From assembly GCA_964016885.1 (NCBI GenBank), contig OZ024754.1:9610001-9674000 (forward strand): a DNA stretch of 64,000 nt, written 5' to 3'. The stretch is from Eledone cirrhosa (Eukaryota). The notes beneath the pieces are model-generated. The model saw nothing but the letters and a program-made list of their open reading frames with translations. It ran no database searches and was not told the DNA's origin. Of the stretch, positions 24,574 through 39,459 are shown one piece after another; the stretch's first letter is position 1, and each line of letters begins with the position of its first letter. Both the position numbers and the translations under genes were made by a program.

Positions 24574-25165
24574 AATTTGTATCAACCTATGAATACTCTA
24601 AGTTAAAGAGTATAAACTTATATATGTATATAATACATTAAAATATTAATTTTTTCCTTTTTTAAATCAGAGATATAGTTCAAATATCTATATCATTTTT
24701 GGAATATATTGAAAGCAATGAAGATCTTGGTGTGTCACCTGATATTTTATTTACCTGTCTTAATATTTAGGGTATAAAAACCCTTTGTCACAAGATTATA
24801 ATAATTAAAAAAACCAGCCCAGAGTTCGTGCTTTGTTGATTAAAGTCTTGCCATTTCTTTTTATTTTTATTTTTTTTTATTTTCGTTTCTTTTTTTCGAG
24901 GTCATAAACGACAAAACACAAATTCTGAGCTAGTTTGTCATTTCAGTCTTCTAACAAAGTGTTTTTATACCCAAAATATAAGGGGTAGGTAAATAAAATG
25001 AAGGGTGACACACTAACATCTTTCTTGCTTTCAATATATATATTCCAAAATAATATATGTATTTGAAATATAGCTGGTTAAAAAAATTAATATTTTAATG
25101 TATTATATGCATATATATGTTTATAGTCTTTTAACTAAGAGTATTCATAAGTTGATACAAATTAT
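24574..25165. mobile_element. Fold-back/MITE-like element with ~220-bp imperfect arms
   Basis: TTTGTATCAACCTATGAATACTCT... mirrored by ...AGAGTATTCATAAGTTGATACAAA; internal matches continue to about 24800/24945. Confidence 0.78.
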
Positions 25166-25400
25166 ACATTACACATTCAGGTGTCTAAATACAACTAAGA
25201 GAGACAAAATATTTCCTTTATGACACAAAATATCAGCAGGTAAAAGGTAAATGGAACAACACAATTATTGTTTATATGAAGTTATTCAAATTATAAAATT
25301 AAAAGATTTCTGACAAGATATATTAACTATATCTACTTGTATATTCATTAGGTTTTACACCTCCTTTTCCATGATATATGGTTCAGGTGTATTATTTTCA

Positions 25401-25588
25401 GCGGTGGATTGGCAGTATCGGTAGAGGGTCGGACGCCATGCTTTCCAGCATAGTTACGTCCCTTTACGATCTGAGTTCAAATCCCGCCGAGGTTGACTTT
25501 GCCTTTCATCCTTACGGGGTCGATAAAATAAAGTACCAGTAATGCACTGGGTAATTGCTGGCCTTGTGCCTAAAGTAGAAACAATTAT
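25401..25588 (+). mobile_element. SINE family A, full length
   Basis: A box TGGCAGTATCGG, B box GTTCAAATCC, TSD ATTATTTTCA on both sides. Confidence 0.92.
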
Positions 25589-26424
25589 TTTCAGTACAAC
25601 ATCTTTCTATTCATCTCAGCCCTTCTTCCTCTCCTCTGTGAGAGTCATCATCATCACCGTTTTACATCCATTCGTCCATGCTAGCATGGGTTAGACAGGG
25701 GGGGGGGGTTTAATTTACAAATCTGCAGACTCAATTTCCGGGCCCCCTTTAAAATATGTAGGGACCCATACCATTCACTGAAATCATACTAAAATTTGTG
25801 GGCAATGCCAGGTCAGATCACAATGTCTTGCTTTTAAAGGGCTGATTTTGGCTTGATTTCTACATCTGGATGCCCTTCCTAACACCAACCTCATTTACAG
25901 TGAGTACTGGGTGCTTTTTCACCATGGCCCCTACACGGCCACTTTACAGTGGGAGGGGGTTAGGGGCATGCTGTCTATATGCTTCAGCTTATACCCGTGG
26001 CAAGTCAGGTCTTCTGTATTACCGCGTAACACCAGAGGTCTCGGTCCTGTGTCAGTGCCTTTGAGAAGTGCAATTGGGGAAGGTCATATATATAAATATA
26101 GAATATGCTTCGATCATTCCCGGTGGGAGCTGTTTATCATTTATATATGTATATATATGTATATATGTGTATATATGTGTATATATGTGTATATATGTGT
26201 ATATATGTGTATATATATGTATATATGTGTATATATATGTATATATGTGTATATATATGTATATGTGTATATATATGTATATATATATATATATAGATCT
26301 ATATGATATACATACCAACACAAACATATATATCCTAGAAACGATCATAAAATGGTGAATTTTTTAATATAAGGAACTGTTTCTTTGTTTTTATTCATTA
26401 TTTTTATTAATTTATATATATATA

Positions 26425-26887
26425 TCATCATCATCATCATCATCAGGTTTAGCGTCCGTGTTCCACGCTTGCATGGGTTTGGACGGGGGTTTTCCCACTT
26501 GAGGCAAGAGTGGTTGTCTTGCTCGCATAGGACTGTCTGGCGGGTTTTCTACAGTTGGATGCCCTTCCTAACACCAACCACATTTACAGTGTGGGGCTGG
26601 GAGGTTTTTACCGTGTTGCCTACACGGCCACATTACAGCGTGGACTGTCTGGCGGGTTTTCTACAGCTGGATGCCCTTCCTAACACCAACCACATTTACA
26701 GTGTGGGGCTGGGAGGTTTTTACCGTGTTGCCTACACGGCCACATTTACAGCGTGGACTGTGTGTTTTTTTTTGTCGTGACACCTACACGATCTCATTTG
26801 TTTCGGCCTGGATGTTGTGGGACCAACATAACTTTACATTGAAAGGGGCGGTGTGGATGGAGTGGAGGTGGTGGACGGGGGTGTGTT
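26425..26887 (-). mobile_element. RTE 3' UTR copy with internal duplication
   Basis: (CAT)n tail. Segment GGACTGTCTGGCGGG...ACAGCGT is duplicated. Nearly identical to 37004-37470. Confidence 0.88.
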
Positions 26888-27395
26888 TATATATATATAT
26901 ATATATAAATATATATTTATATACATATATATTTATATATATATATATATATATATAAATATATATTTATATACATATATATTTATATATAAATATATAT
27001 TTATATACATATAATAATAATAATATTATTTATACTTATATATACACTATATATAATTATAAACAGGAAAGGTCAGTAATTCATTACCGCCTTATTACCA
27101 GTAACAGAAATAGCTCAATGTAAATACATCAGATGTTTCACAGAGCCGGAATATAAATTACAGAATAATCAAAACTATGTTCAAAATATTGAACATAGTT
27201 TTGATTATTCTGTAATTTATATTTATATACATATATATATATAAATATATTTATATACATATCTGCTAGACACGCAGTGACTAACAACAGAATGTTTTAA
27301 GTCTGCGTGTCTGACATATATGCGTAGCTTGTGAATAAAAAATTCAAGGGGTGTCGCTGGACGTGGTGATCACTGCCAAACATATTTAGTAATGT

Positions 27396-27566
27396 ATCGT
27401 CTTATTGGCTAAGTTCATCGTCTTATTGGCTAATCAACTAATGAGAGTAATTGTTGCTCAAAAGCATCCGCCATTTTGTTTGCACGTTTATTTATCGTTT
27501 CGTTTTCGAATCTTCCTCTTGTATTTCGTTGTTTATCATCAAAATATTTTTCTCATTTTGGTAAGT
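27396..27566 (+). promoter_or_regulatory. Candidate promoter / non-coding first exon
   Basis: Two inverted CCAAT boxes (27404, 27425), YY1-like CCGCCATTTT (27468-27477), locally CpG-rich, donor TTG|GTAAGT at 27561. Confidence 0.3.
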
Positions 27567-28011
27567 TATATTGTTAATTTATATATGATTTTTAAAATTT
27601 ATATTAACTATTTTTTTTTCAGTTCGTTATAACTTGCTTAGAATATTGGTTGTATCATATTTACTTGTATATTTGTCCATATTATTGTTCGTTTCATGTT
27701 AGATTATTTTATTATTATTATGTTAGATTATTTTTTTTATATTATTTAGACTATTTGTTTGTAATATTTAATTTTTATTAATTCAACTATAACAATTATT
27801 ATGTAAAATATATTTATTTAACATTGATTGTTTTTTGTAGTTGTTTATATTCAAAGTCTGAAAATATTTTTATACATCTTACAATAATATTTATAAGATC
27901 ATTTATAAAATAACAATTATATAATCTAATTACATTACAACGATAATTTATTATTAATATATATCATGTTTAACTAGAATTATTACAAGCGTTGCCTTAA
28001 AAAAATATTAA

Positions 28012-28459
28012 ACTAGACCTGAAAAAATGTGCAAGCTCAAAATAGCCACAGAATGTTATAATAAACCTTCAAAAGTGTGGGACTAGAGTTATTGCTAAAA
28101 AATATTGTAATCATTATCTATCGTACACTCTGTGGCATCCTTTTATAAAAAAGAGATTCATAACGAACTCAAGACGACATAATAAGTATTTAAGTGAATT
28201 TATAATATAGAATTCGGTTTAAGTGCATTTCGTATTAATCATTACTAAACATCTAATATGAGATATTGAACATTAGCTTAAATAAGTATCATGTCGTCTT
28301 GAGTTCGTTACGAGTCTCTTTTTTTATAAAAGGATGCCACAGAGTGTACGATAGATAATGATTACAATATTTTTGAGCAACAACTCTAGTCCCACACTTT
28401 TGAAGGTTTATTATAACATTCTGTGGTTCTTTTGAGCTTGCACATTTTTCAGGTCTAGT
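28012..28459. repeat. Fold-back, ~170-bp near-identical arms
   Basis: ACTAGACCTGAAAAA...CAAGACGACAT (28012-28180) vs ATGTCGTCTTG...TTTTTCAGGTCTAGT (28291-28459). Confidence 0.9.
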
Positions 28460-28518
28460 ATATATATATATATATGTACATATATATTTATATACACACA
28501 CATATATATATATATAAA

Positions 28519-29173
28519 TAAAGTGAGAAATTAGGAATAAGAGGGATCAGATGCTGTTTACTCGAGAGAAGACTAAGTTGGTATGGTCACGTGATGCGCA
28601 TGAAAGATGACAGCTGTATAAAAAAGTGCAGGGCGATCAAAATAGATGGTAGCCACGGAGTAGGCAGACCCAGAAAAACCTGGGACGACTTGATATAATC
28701 TGACCTCACACACTTACACCTCTCCAAGACAATGTCACTGGACCGAGATCTTTGGCACTACACAGTAATACAGAAGATCCGCCTTGCCTAAGTACAAAGT
28801 GAAACCTACAGTCAGTAGGCACCTCTTAACCAAAATACACCCTCGTCCCACTAACCCCACCCCCACCGCCATCTACACCACCCCTTTGATGTAAAGCTAT
28901 ATTGGTACCACAACATCCAGTCCTAAATAAATGAGGTTGTGTAGGTGTCACAACAAAAAAACACAGTCCACGCTGTAATGTGGCCGTGTAGGTAACACGA
29001 TAAAAACCTCCCAGTCCACACTGTAAACGTGGTTGGTGTTAGAAAGGGCATCCAGCCGTAGAAAACTCGCCAGACAGTCCTGAGCAAGACGACCAATCTT
29101 GCCTCAAGTGGGACAATTGCCGTCCAGACCCATGCTAGCATGGAAAATGGACGTTAAACGATGATGATGATGA
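28519..29173 (+). mobile_element. 5'-truncated RTE LINE
   Basis: EKLGIRGIRCC..ERRL.WYGHV.RM...GRPRKTW followed by the 3' UTR and (GAT)n. Paralog of 32420-33091. Confidence 0.9.
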
Positions 29174-29211
29174 TATATATATATATATACATATACTGTA
29201 TATATACACAC

Positions 29212-29244
<33 letters not shown>

Positions 29245-29374
29245 AGAAGGTACTCTATACAATGGCAGAGTATAGGCATCTTTATTATATATAGAAATGA
29301 CTTCTACAGGACAAGAACTGTTTCATTCGTAAGAAATCATCAAGAAAGTCCTGAATGAAACAGTTCTAGTTCTG

Positions 29375-29424
<50 letters not shown>

Positions 29425-29639
29425 CATATATATTTCTATATATATATATATATATACACATACATATATATATATATTTATGTATGTATGTATATATACA
29501 TATATTTATATATGTATGTATATATACATATATTTGTATATGTATATATATATACATATATTTATATACATTACATGCATACATATACATATATATAAAC
29601 ATATATATAAAGATATATAAAAATATATATATATATAAA

Positions 29640-29912
29640 AGTCTAAAGTCTGTCTTAAGCCAGAAGGCTCATTAGGTCAGTGCTTATCCCTGTTTTATGG
29701 CGTGAAGCGACTGAGAGTACAAGACTCCCTCCTGGACAGGGTGCCAGTCCATCGCAGGGTTAAACCCCCAGCTATTGCTGGTATTCATTTTCATCTGAGT
29801 ATACTGGAGCAATGTGAAATGAAGTGTTTTGTTCAAAAACACAACACACAACCCAGGAATCGAACCCATGACATTATGATCATAAGTCCAACACCCTTAC
29901 CACTGGGCCACG
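29640..29912 (-). mobile_element. tRNA/CORE-type SINE
   Basis: Minus strand: TGGCCCAGTGG (A box), GGTTCGATTCC (B box), CORE-like TTGAACAAAACACTTCATTTCACATTGCTCCAG, then CCTGCGATGGACTGGCACCCTGTCCAGG. Confidence 0.8.
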
Positions 29913-29944
29913 TGTCTATATCTATATATATATTATACATATAA

Positions 29945-29981
<37 letters not shown>

Positions 29982-29983
29982 AA

Positions 29984-30118
<135 letters not shown>

Positions 30119-30384
30119 GTATATGTGTGTATATATATATATATTTATATATAAGGGTTTTTTGTTCAAGTCTTATCTATTTCATTTATTTATATCTGGA
30201 TATATATTGATTTATTTGCATAATTTTGTTGTTAATCATTTTTTTTTTTCCTTATTTACAGAAAAATAAGGATGGTTTCTAAAATAGCATTCCATAGGAA
30301 AATACAAACTATAAAAATTTATATAAATAAATATGTTTGTGTGTTCACGTTGTGTGAATATAAATGAATATGTATATATATATA

Positions 30385-30438
<54 letters not shown>

Positions 30439-30860
30439 GTATAAGAGCATCTTTTGTAATAAATATGATATATATTTACACACAATTGAATATACATACA
30501 TACATACATGTATATATATTATATGTATATATATTTGTATATATATATATATATATATACATACACACACACTTAAATTAGCTGTATTATCATAGCAGTG
30601 CAAGTATAGCATTGATGCACATCTTGCCTTAGGGTATGATGTGCTAAATTAACTTTCTTATAACTTCTATCTCATCATATTTGGCTGTTTCACTTGAAAG
30701 CCTGTGTCAAGCTTGCTTTTTGAAGAAATGAACTTTGGAGAAATTTTTAAATATGTATTTTTTTTATAGTTTGTATTTTCCTAAGGAATGCTATTTTAGA
30801 AAGCATCCTTATTTTTATACATATATATACATATTTATATACATATATATACATATATAT

Positions 30861-31009
<149 letters not shown>

Positions 31010-31021
31010 TATATATATATA

Positions 31022-31682
<661 letters not shown>

Positions 31683-31685
31683 ATT

Positions 31686-31770
<85 letters not shown>

Positions 31771-31825
31771 ATCATCATTTCATTTCATTTTACGTCCGCT
31801 TTTTCCCTGCTTGCAAGGGTTGGAC

Positions 31826-31881
<56 letters not shown>

Positions 31882-31884
31882 ATA

Positions 31885-33056
31885 GAGCACCGGTCCCATC
31901 TGGGAAATGGCCATGCTCAGTGTGTAGGAAAGGAGTAGGCAGAAACTCCCAAATGCGAAGTATGGGTGCATAAAAGATGTAGTAGGATCACAGGTAAGCT
32001 AACTAAGAATATAGATTTTAAATGTGGCCAGTGCTCCGGTGCAATAAGTAGCAGCAAGTGCCCACAGAATACTAGCTCATTCCATTGCACAGATGGTTCT
32101 ATAGAAATAGTGGACACCTTCCGTTACCTGGGTGACAAAATCAGAAGTGGTGGAGGGTGCTCTGAAAGTACAGTAGCCAGAGTCAGAACGGGATGGAAAA
32201 AGTTCAGAGAGCTTATACCACTATTGGTCGCTAAAGGGTTCTCTCTAAAAATGAAAGGCAGGCTGTATGATGCCTGCATACGAACAGCAATGTTACATGG
32301 CAGTGAGACCTGGGCATTGTGTGCAGAGGATATACACAGACTGGAGAGGAACGAAGCTTGCATGCTCTGCTGGATGTGTAATAGTAATATACGTGAATGG
32401 CAAAGCATAAACGAACTAAGGGAGAAATTAGGAATAAGAGGCATCAGATGTTGTTTATTCGAGAGAAGACTACGTTGGTACGGTCACGTGATACGCATGA
32501 AAGATGACAGCTGTATAAAAAAGTGCAGGGCAATAAAAATAGACGGTAGCCACGGAGTAGGCAGACCCAGAAAAACCTGGGACTACTTGATAAATTCCAA
32601 CCTCACACACTTACACCTCTCCAAGACAATGTCACTGGACCAAGATCTTTGGCGCTACACAGTCATACAGAAGACCCGCCTTGCCTAAGTACAAAGTGAA
32701 ACCTACAGTCAGTAGGCACCTCTAACAAAAATACACACCTGTCGCACTCCCTCCACCCCATCCACACCACCCCTTTCAACGTGAAGTTATGTTGGTACCA
32801 CAACATCCAGTCCGAAACAAATGAGGTCGTGTAGGGGTCACAACAAAAAAAACACACAGTCCACGCTGTAATGTGGCCATGTAGGTAACACGGTAAAAAC
32901 CTCCCAGTCCACACTGTAAACGTGGTTGGTGTTAGGAAGGGCATGCAGCCGTAGAAAACCCGCCAGATAGTCCCATACGAGCAGGACAACCACTCTTGCC
33001 TCAAGTGGGAAAACTCCCATCCAAACCCATGCAAGCGTGGAAGATGAACGTTAAAC

Positions 33057-33091
<35 letters not shown>
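31885..33091 (+). mobile_element. 5'-truncated RTE LINE (PHD-like finger, end of RT, 3' UTR)
   Basis: ORF 31966-32688: VDTFRYLG...ARVRTGWKKFREL...AMLHGSETW...RRLRWYGHV...GRPRKTW; (GAT)n tail. Confidence 0.95.
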
Positions 33092-33092
<1 letters not shown>

Positions 33093-33284
33093 ACCTATAT
33101 ACATATATTTATATATATATACCTATATATACATTTATATTATATATATATACATATGCATACATATATATATGTGTCTGTGTGTCTAAGTATATATGCA
33201 TATTTGCACATGCACATCACACACACATATATATATATATGGAGAGAGAAAGAAAGCTAGAGTCAGGAGAATGAGAAAATTGTA

Positions 33285-36200
33285 ATATTTATGTCTATTT
33301 GTATTACATATTAGACAATATATTTATATTGATATTTGTGTCTATATGTATTACATATTATACAATATATTTATATTGATATTTATGTCTATATGTATTA
33401 CATATTATACAATATATTTATATTGATATTTGTGTCTATATGTATTACATATTATACAAAATATTTATATTGATATTTATGTCTATATGTATTACATATT
33501 ATACAATATATTGATATTTGTGTCTATATGTATTACATATTATACGATATATTTATATTGATATTTGTGTCTATATGTATTACATATTATACAATATATT
33601 TATATTGATATTTGTGTCTATATGTATTACATATTATACAATATATTTATATTGATATTTATGTCTATATGTATTACATATTATACAATATATTTATATT
33701 GATATTTGTGTCTATATGTATTACATATTATACAATATATTTATATTGATATTTATGTCTATTTGTATTACATATTATACAATATATTGATATTTGTGTC
33801 TATATGTATTACATATTATACGATATATTTATATTGATATTTATGTCTATATGTATTACATATTATACAATATATTTATATTGATATTTGTGTCTATTTG
33901 TATTACATATTATACAATATATTTATATTGATATTTGTGTCTATTTGTATTACATATTATACAATATATTTATATTGATATTTGTGTCTATATGTATTAC
34001 ATATTATACAATATATTTATATTGATATTTATGTCTATATGTATTACATATTATACAATATATTTATATTGATATTTGTGTCTATATGTATTACATATTA
34101 TACAATATATTTATATTGATATTTATGTCTATATGTATTACATATTATACAATATATTTATATTGATATTTGTGTCTATATGTATTACATATTATACAAT
34201 ATATTTATATTGATATTTATGTCTATTTGTATTACATATTATACAATATATTGATATTTGTGTCTATATGTATTACATATTATACAATATATTTATATTG
34301 ATATTTATGTCTGTTTGTATTATATATTATACCATATATTTATATTGATATTTGTGTCTATATGTATTACATATTATACAATATATTTATATTGATATTT
34401 GTGTCTATTTGTATTATATATTATACAATATATTTATATTGATATTTGTGTCTAGATGTATTACATATTATACAATATATTTATATTGATATTTGTGTCA
34501 ATTTGTATTACATATTATACCATATATTTATATAATCATATTTATGTCTATATGTATTACATATTATACAATATATTTATATTGATATTTATGTCTATAT
34601 GTATTACATATTATACCATATATTTATATTGATATTTATGTCTATTTGTATTACATATACAATATATTTATATTGATATTTGTGTCTATATGTATTACAT
34701 ATTATACAATTTATTTATATTGATATTTATGTCTATTTGTATTATATATTATACAATATATTTATATTGATATTTGTGTCTATATGTATTACATATTATA
34801 CAATATATTTATATTGATATTTATGTCTATTTGTATTACATATTATACAATATATTGATATTTGTGTCTATATGTATTACATATTATACAATATATTTAT
34901 ATTGATATTTATGTCTATTTGTATTATATATTATACCATATATTTATATTGATATTTGTGTCTATATGTATTACATATTATACAATATATTTATATTGAT
35001 ATTTGTGTCTATTTGTATTATATATTATACAATATATTTATATTGATATTTGTGTCTAGATGTATTACATATTATACAATATATTTATATTGATATTTGT
35101 GTCAATTTGTATTACATATTATACCATATATTTATATTGATATTTATGTCTATATGTATTACATATTATACAATATATTTATATTGATATTTATGTCTAT
35201 ATGTATTACATATTATACCATATATTTATATTGATATTTATGTCTATTTGTATTACATATACAATATATTTATATTGATATTTGTGTCTATATGTATTAC
35301 ATATTATACAATTTATTTATATTGATATTTATGTCTATTTGTATTACATATTATACAATATATTTATATTGATATTTATGTCTATATGTATTACATATTA
35401 TACAAAATATTTATATTGATATTTATGTCTATATGTATTACATATTATACAATATATTTATATTGATATTTATGTCTATTTGTATTACATATACAATATA
35501 TTGATATTTGTGTCTATATGTATTACATATTATACGATATATTTATATTGATATTTGTGTCTATTTGTATTACATATTATACAATATATTTATATTGATA
35601 TTTGTGTCTATATGTATTACATATTATACAATATATTTATATTGATATTTGTGTCTATTTGTATTACATATTATACAATATATTTATATTGATATTTATG
35701 TCTATATGTATTACATATTATACAATATATTTATATTGATATTTATGTCTATTTGTATTACATATTATACAATATATTTATATTGATATTTGTGTCTATT
35801 TGTATTATATATTATACAATATATTTATATTGATATTTATGTCTATATGTATTACATATTATACCATATATTTATATTGATATTTATGTCTATATGTATT
35901 ACATATTATACAATATATTTATATTGATATTTGTGTCTCTTTGTATTACATATTATACAATATATTTATATTGATATTTATGTCTATTTGTATTACTTAT
36001 TATACAATATATTTATATTGATTTTTGTGTATATTTGTATTACATATTATACAATATATTTATATTGATATTTATGTCTATTTGTATTACATATTATACA
36101 ATATATTTATATTGATATTTGTGTATATTTGTATTACTTATTATACAATATATTTATATTGATATTTATGTCTATATGTATTATATATTATACAATATAT

Positions 36201-37880
36201 TTATATTGATATTTATGTCTATATGTATTACATATTATGCAATATATTTATATTGATATTTATGTATATATGTATTACATATTATACAATATATTTATAT
36301 TGATATTTGTGTCTATATGTATTACATATTATACAATATATTTATATTGATATTGTGTATATTTGTATTACTTATTATACAATATATTTATATTGATATT
36401 TGTGTCTATTTGTATTACATATTATACCATATATTTATATTGATATTTATGTCTATTTGTATTACATATTATACAATATATTTATATTGATATTTATGTC
36501 TATATGTATTACATATTATACAATATATTTATATTGATATTTGTGTCAATTTGTATTACATATTATACAATATATTTATATTGATATTTGTGTCTATTTG
36601 TATTACATATTATACAATATATTTATATTGATATTTATGTCTATCTGTATTACATATACAATATATTGATATTTATGTCTATATGTATTACATATTATAC
36701 AATATATTTATATTGATATTTGTGTCAATTTGTATTACATATTATACAATATATTTATATTGATATTTGTGTCTATTTGTATTACATATTATACAATATA
36801 TTTATATTGATATTTGTGTCAATTTGTATTACATATTATACCATATATTTATATTGATATTTATGTCTATCTGTATTACATATTATACAATATATTGATA
36901 TTTATGTCTATATGTATTACATATTATACAATATATTTATATTGATATTTGTGTCTATTTGTATTACATATTATACAATATATTTATATTGATATTTATG
37001 TCTATCATCATCATCATCATCATCATCAGGTTTAGCGTCCGTGTTCCACGCTTGCATGGGTTTGGACGGGGGTTTTCCCACTTGAGGCAAGAGTGGTTGT
37101 CTTGCTCGCATAGGACTGTCTGGCGGGTTTTCTACAGTTGGATGCCCTTCCTAACACCAACCACATTTACAGTGTGGGGCTGGGAGGTTTTTACCGTGTT
37201 GCCTACACGGCCACATTACAGCGTGGACTGTCTGGCGGGTTTTCTACAGCTGGATGCCCTTCCTAACACCAACCACATTTACAGTGTGGGGCTGGGAGGT
37301 TTTTACCGTGTTGCCTACACGGCAACATTTACAGCGTGGACTGTGTGTTTTTTGTCGTGACACCTACACGATCTCATTTGTTTCGGCCTGGATGTTGTGG
37401 GACCAACATAACTTTACATTGAAAGGGGCGGTGTGGGTGGGGTGGAGGTGGTGGGACGGGGGTGTGTTTTGATAGAGGTGCCTACTGACTGTAGTAGGTT
37501 TTTACTTTGCATTTAGGTAAGGCGGGTCTTCTCTATTACTGAGTACCGCCAAAGGTCTCGGTCCAGTGACATTGTCTTGGAGAGGTGTAAGCGTGTGTCT
37601 ATATGTATTACATATTATACAATATATTTATATTGATATTTATGTCTATATGTATTACATATTATACAATATATTTATATTGATATTTATGTCTATATGT
37701 ATTACATATTATACAATATATTTATATTGATATTTATGTCTATATGTATTACATATTATACAATATATTTATATTGATATTTGTGTCTATTTGTATTACA
37801 TATACAATATATTTATATTGATATTTGTGTCTATTTGTATTACATATTATACAATATATTTATATTGATTTTTGTGTCTA
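33285..37880. repeat. 47-bp AT-rich minisatellite, interrupted by an RTE copy
   Basis: GTATTAC recurs at 33301, 33348, 33395; shorter variants present. The array resumes after 37597. Confidence 0.96.
37004..37597 (-). mobile_element. RTE 3' end inserted in the minisatellite
   Basis: (CAT)n tail, 3' UTR and last codons of the ORF (GTCCAGTGACATTGTCTTGGAGAGGTGTAAG). TGTCTA on both sides. Confidence 0.9.
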
Positions 37881-37927
37881 TACAAAAATGGATTCCAAAT
37901 CAATGAAAATGGCCTATGGTTCCGTAT

Positions 37928-39155
37928 ATATACGTGTGTATGTTTGTAAATATTCTTTGTGTAGTTATGTGTAGTTATATGTATACATGTGTGTAAATAT
38001 TCTTTGTGTAGTTATATGTATACGTGTGTATGTTTGTAAATATCCTTTGTGTAGTTATATGTAGTTATATGTATACGTGTGTGTGTGTGTGTGTAAATAT
38101 TCTTTGTGTAGTTATGTGTAGTTATATGTATACATGTGTGTGTGTGTAAATATACTTTGTGTAGTTATATGTAGTTATATGTATACGTGTGTATGTGTGT
38201 AAATATTCTTTGTGTAGTTATGTGTAGTTATATGTATACGTGTGTATGTTTGTAAATATTCTTTGTGTAGTTATATGTATATATATATGTGTGTCTGTAA
38301 ATATTCTTTGTGTAGTTATGTGCAGTTATATGTATACATGTGTGTGTGTAAATATACTTTGTGTAGTTATGTGTAGTTATATGTATACATGTGTGTGTGT
38401 AAATATACTTTGTGTAGTTATATGTAGTTATATGTATACGTGTGTATGTGTGTAAATATTCTTTGTGTGGTTATGTGTAGTTATATGAATACGTGTGTAT
38501 GTTTGTAAATATTCTTTGTGTAGTTATATGTATATATATATGTGTGTGTCTGTAAATATTCTTTGTGTAGTTATGTGCAGTTATATGTATACATGTGTGT
38601 GTGTAAATATACTTTGTGTAGTTATGTGTAGTTATATGTATACATGTGTGTGTGTAAATATACTTTGTGTAGTTATATGTAGTTATATGTATACGTGTGT
38701 ATGTGTGTAAATATTCTTTGTGTGGTTATGTGTAGTTATATGAATACATGTAAGTTTGCAAATATCCTTTGTGTCGTTATATTATGTATGTGTAGTTATA
38801 TGCAGTTGTATAGTTATATGTATATGTAGTTATATGCAGTTGTATAGTTATATGTATATGTAGTTATATGCAGTTGTATAGTTATATGTATATGTAGTTA
38901 TATGCAGTTGTATAGTTATATGTATATGTAGTTATATGCAGTTGTATAGTTATATGTAGTTATATGCAGTTGTATAGTTATATGTATATGTAGTTATATG
39001 CAGTTGTATAGTTATATGTATATGTAGTTATATGCAGTTGTATAGTTATATGTATATGTAGTTATATGCAGTTATGTGTAGTTATATGTATGTGTAGTTA
39101 TATGCAGTTATGTGTAGTTATATGTATGTGTAGTTATATGCAGTTATGTGTAGTT
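37928..39155. repeat. Compound GTAGTTAT-rich minisatellites
   Basis: ~55-bp variable units (TAAATATTCTTTGTGTAGTTAT...) followed by ~34-bp units (GTAGTTATATGCAGTTGTATAGTTATATGTATAT). Confidence 0.9.
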
Positions 39156-39459
39156 TTTCTTTTACATACATACATACACACACATATAGTTCCATAAATA
39201 TTTATAGTTTAGGCATCACTAAGTTAATAAATAAAGACCGTGATTGTAATATTCCTACATACATAATGTATAGAGTCTAGGCATGTGGATTAGTGACTAT
39301 AAGTGTGACTATCAACTTAACTGTTAGTGTAACTACAAGTTTGTTGGCAGTTACTATGTTAGGCCTAAATGTAAACTAACAGTATTTAGAAATATAAGAG
39401 ATGGGGTGATATAAATAATCCTGATAATGCTACATCGCAGTTCTGTTAGTTGTATTGCA

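Noticed and set aside
25401-25490. tRNA genes
   Set aside because: A/B boxes belong to SINE heads followed by core and tail with TSDs; no cloverleaf with terminator.
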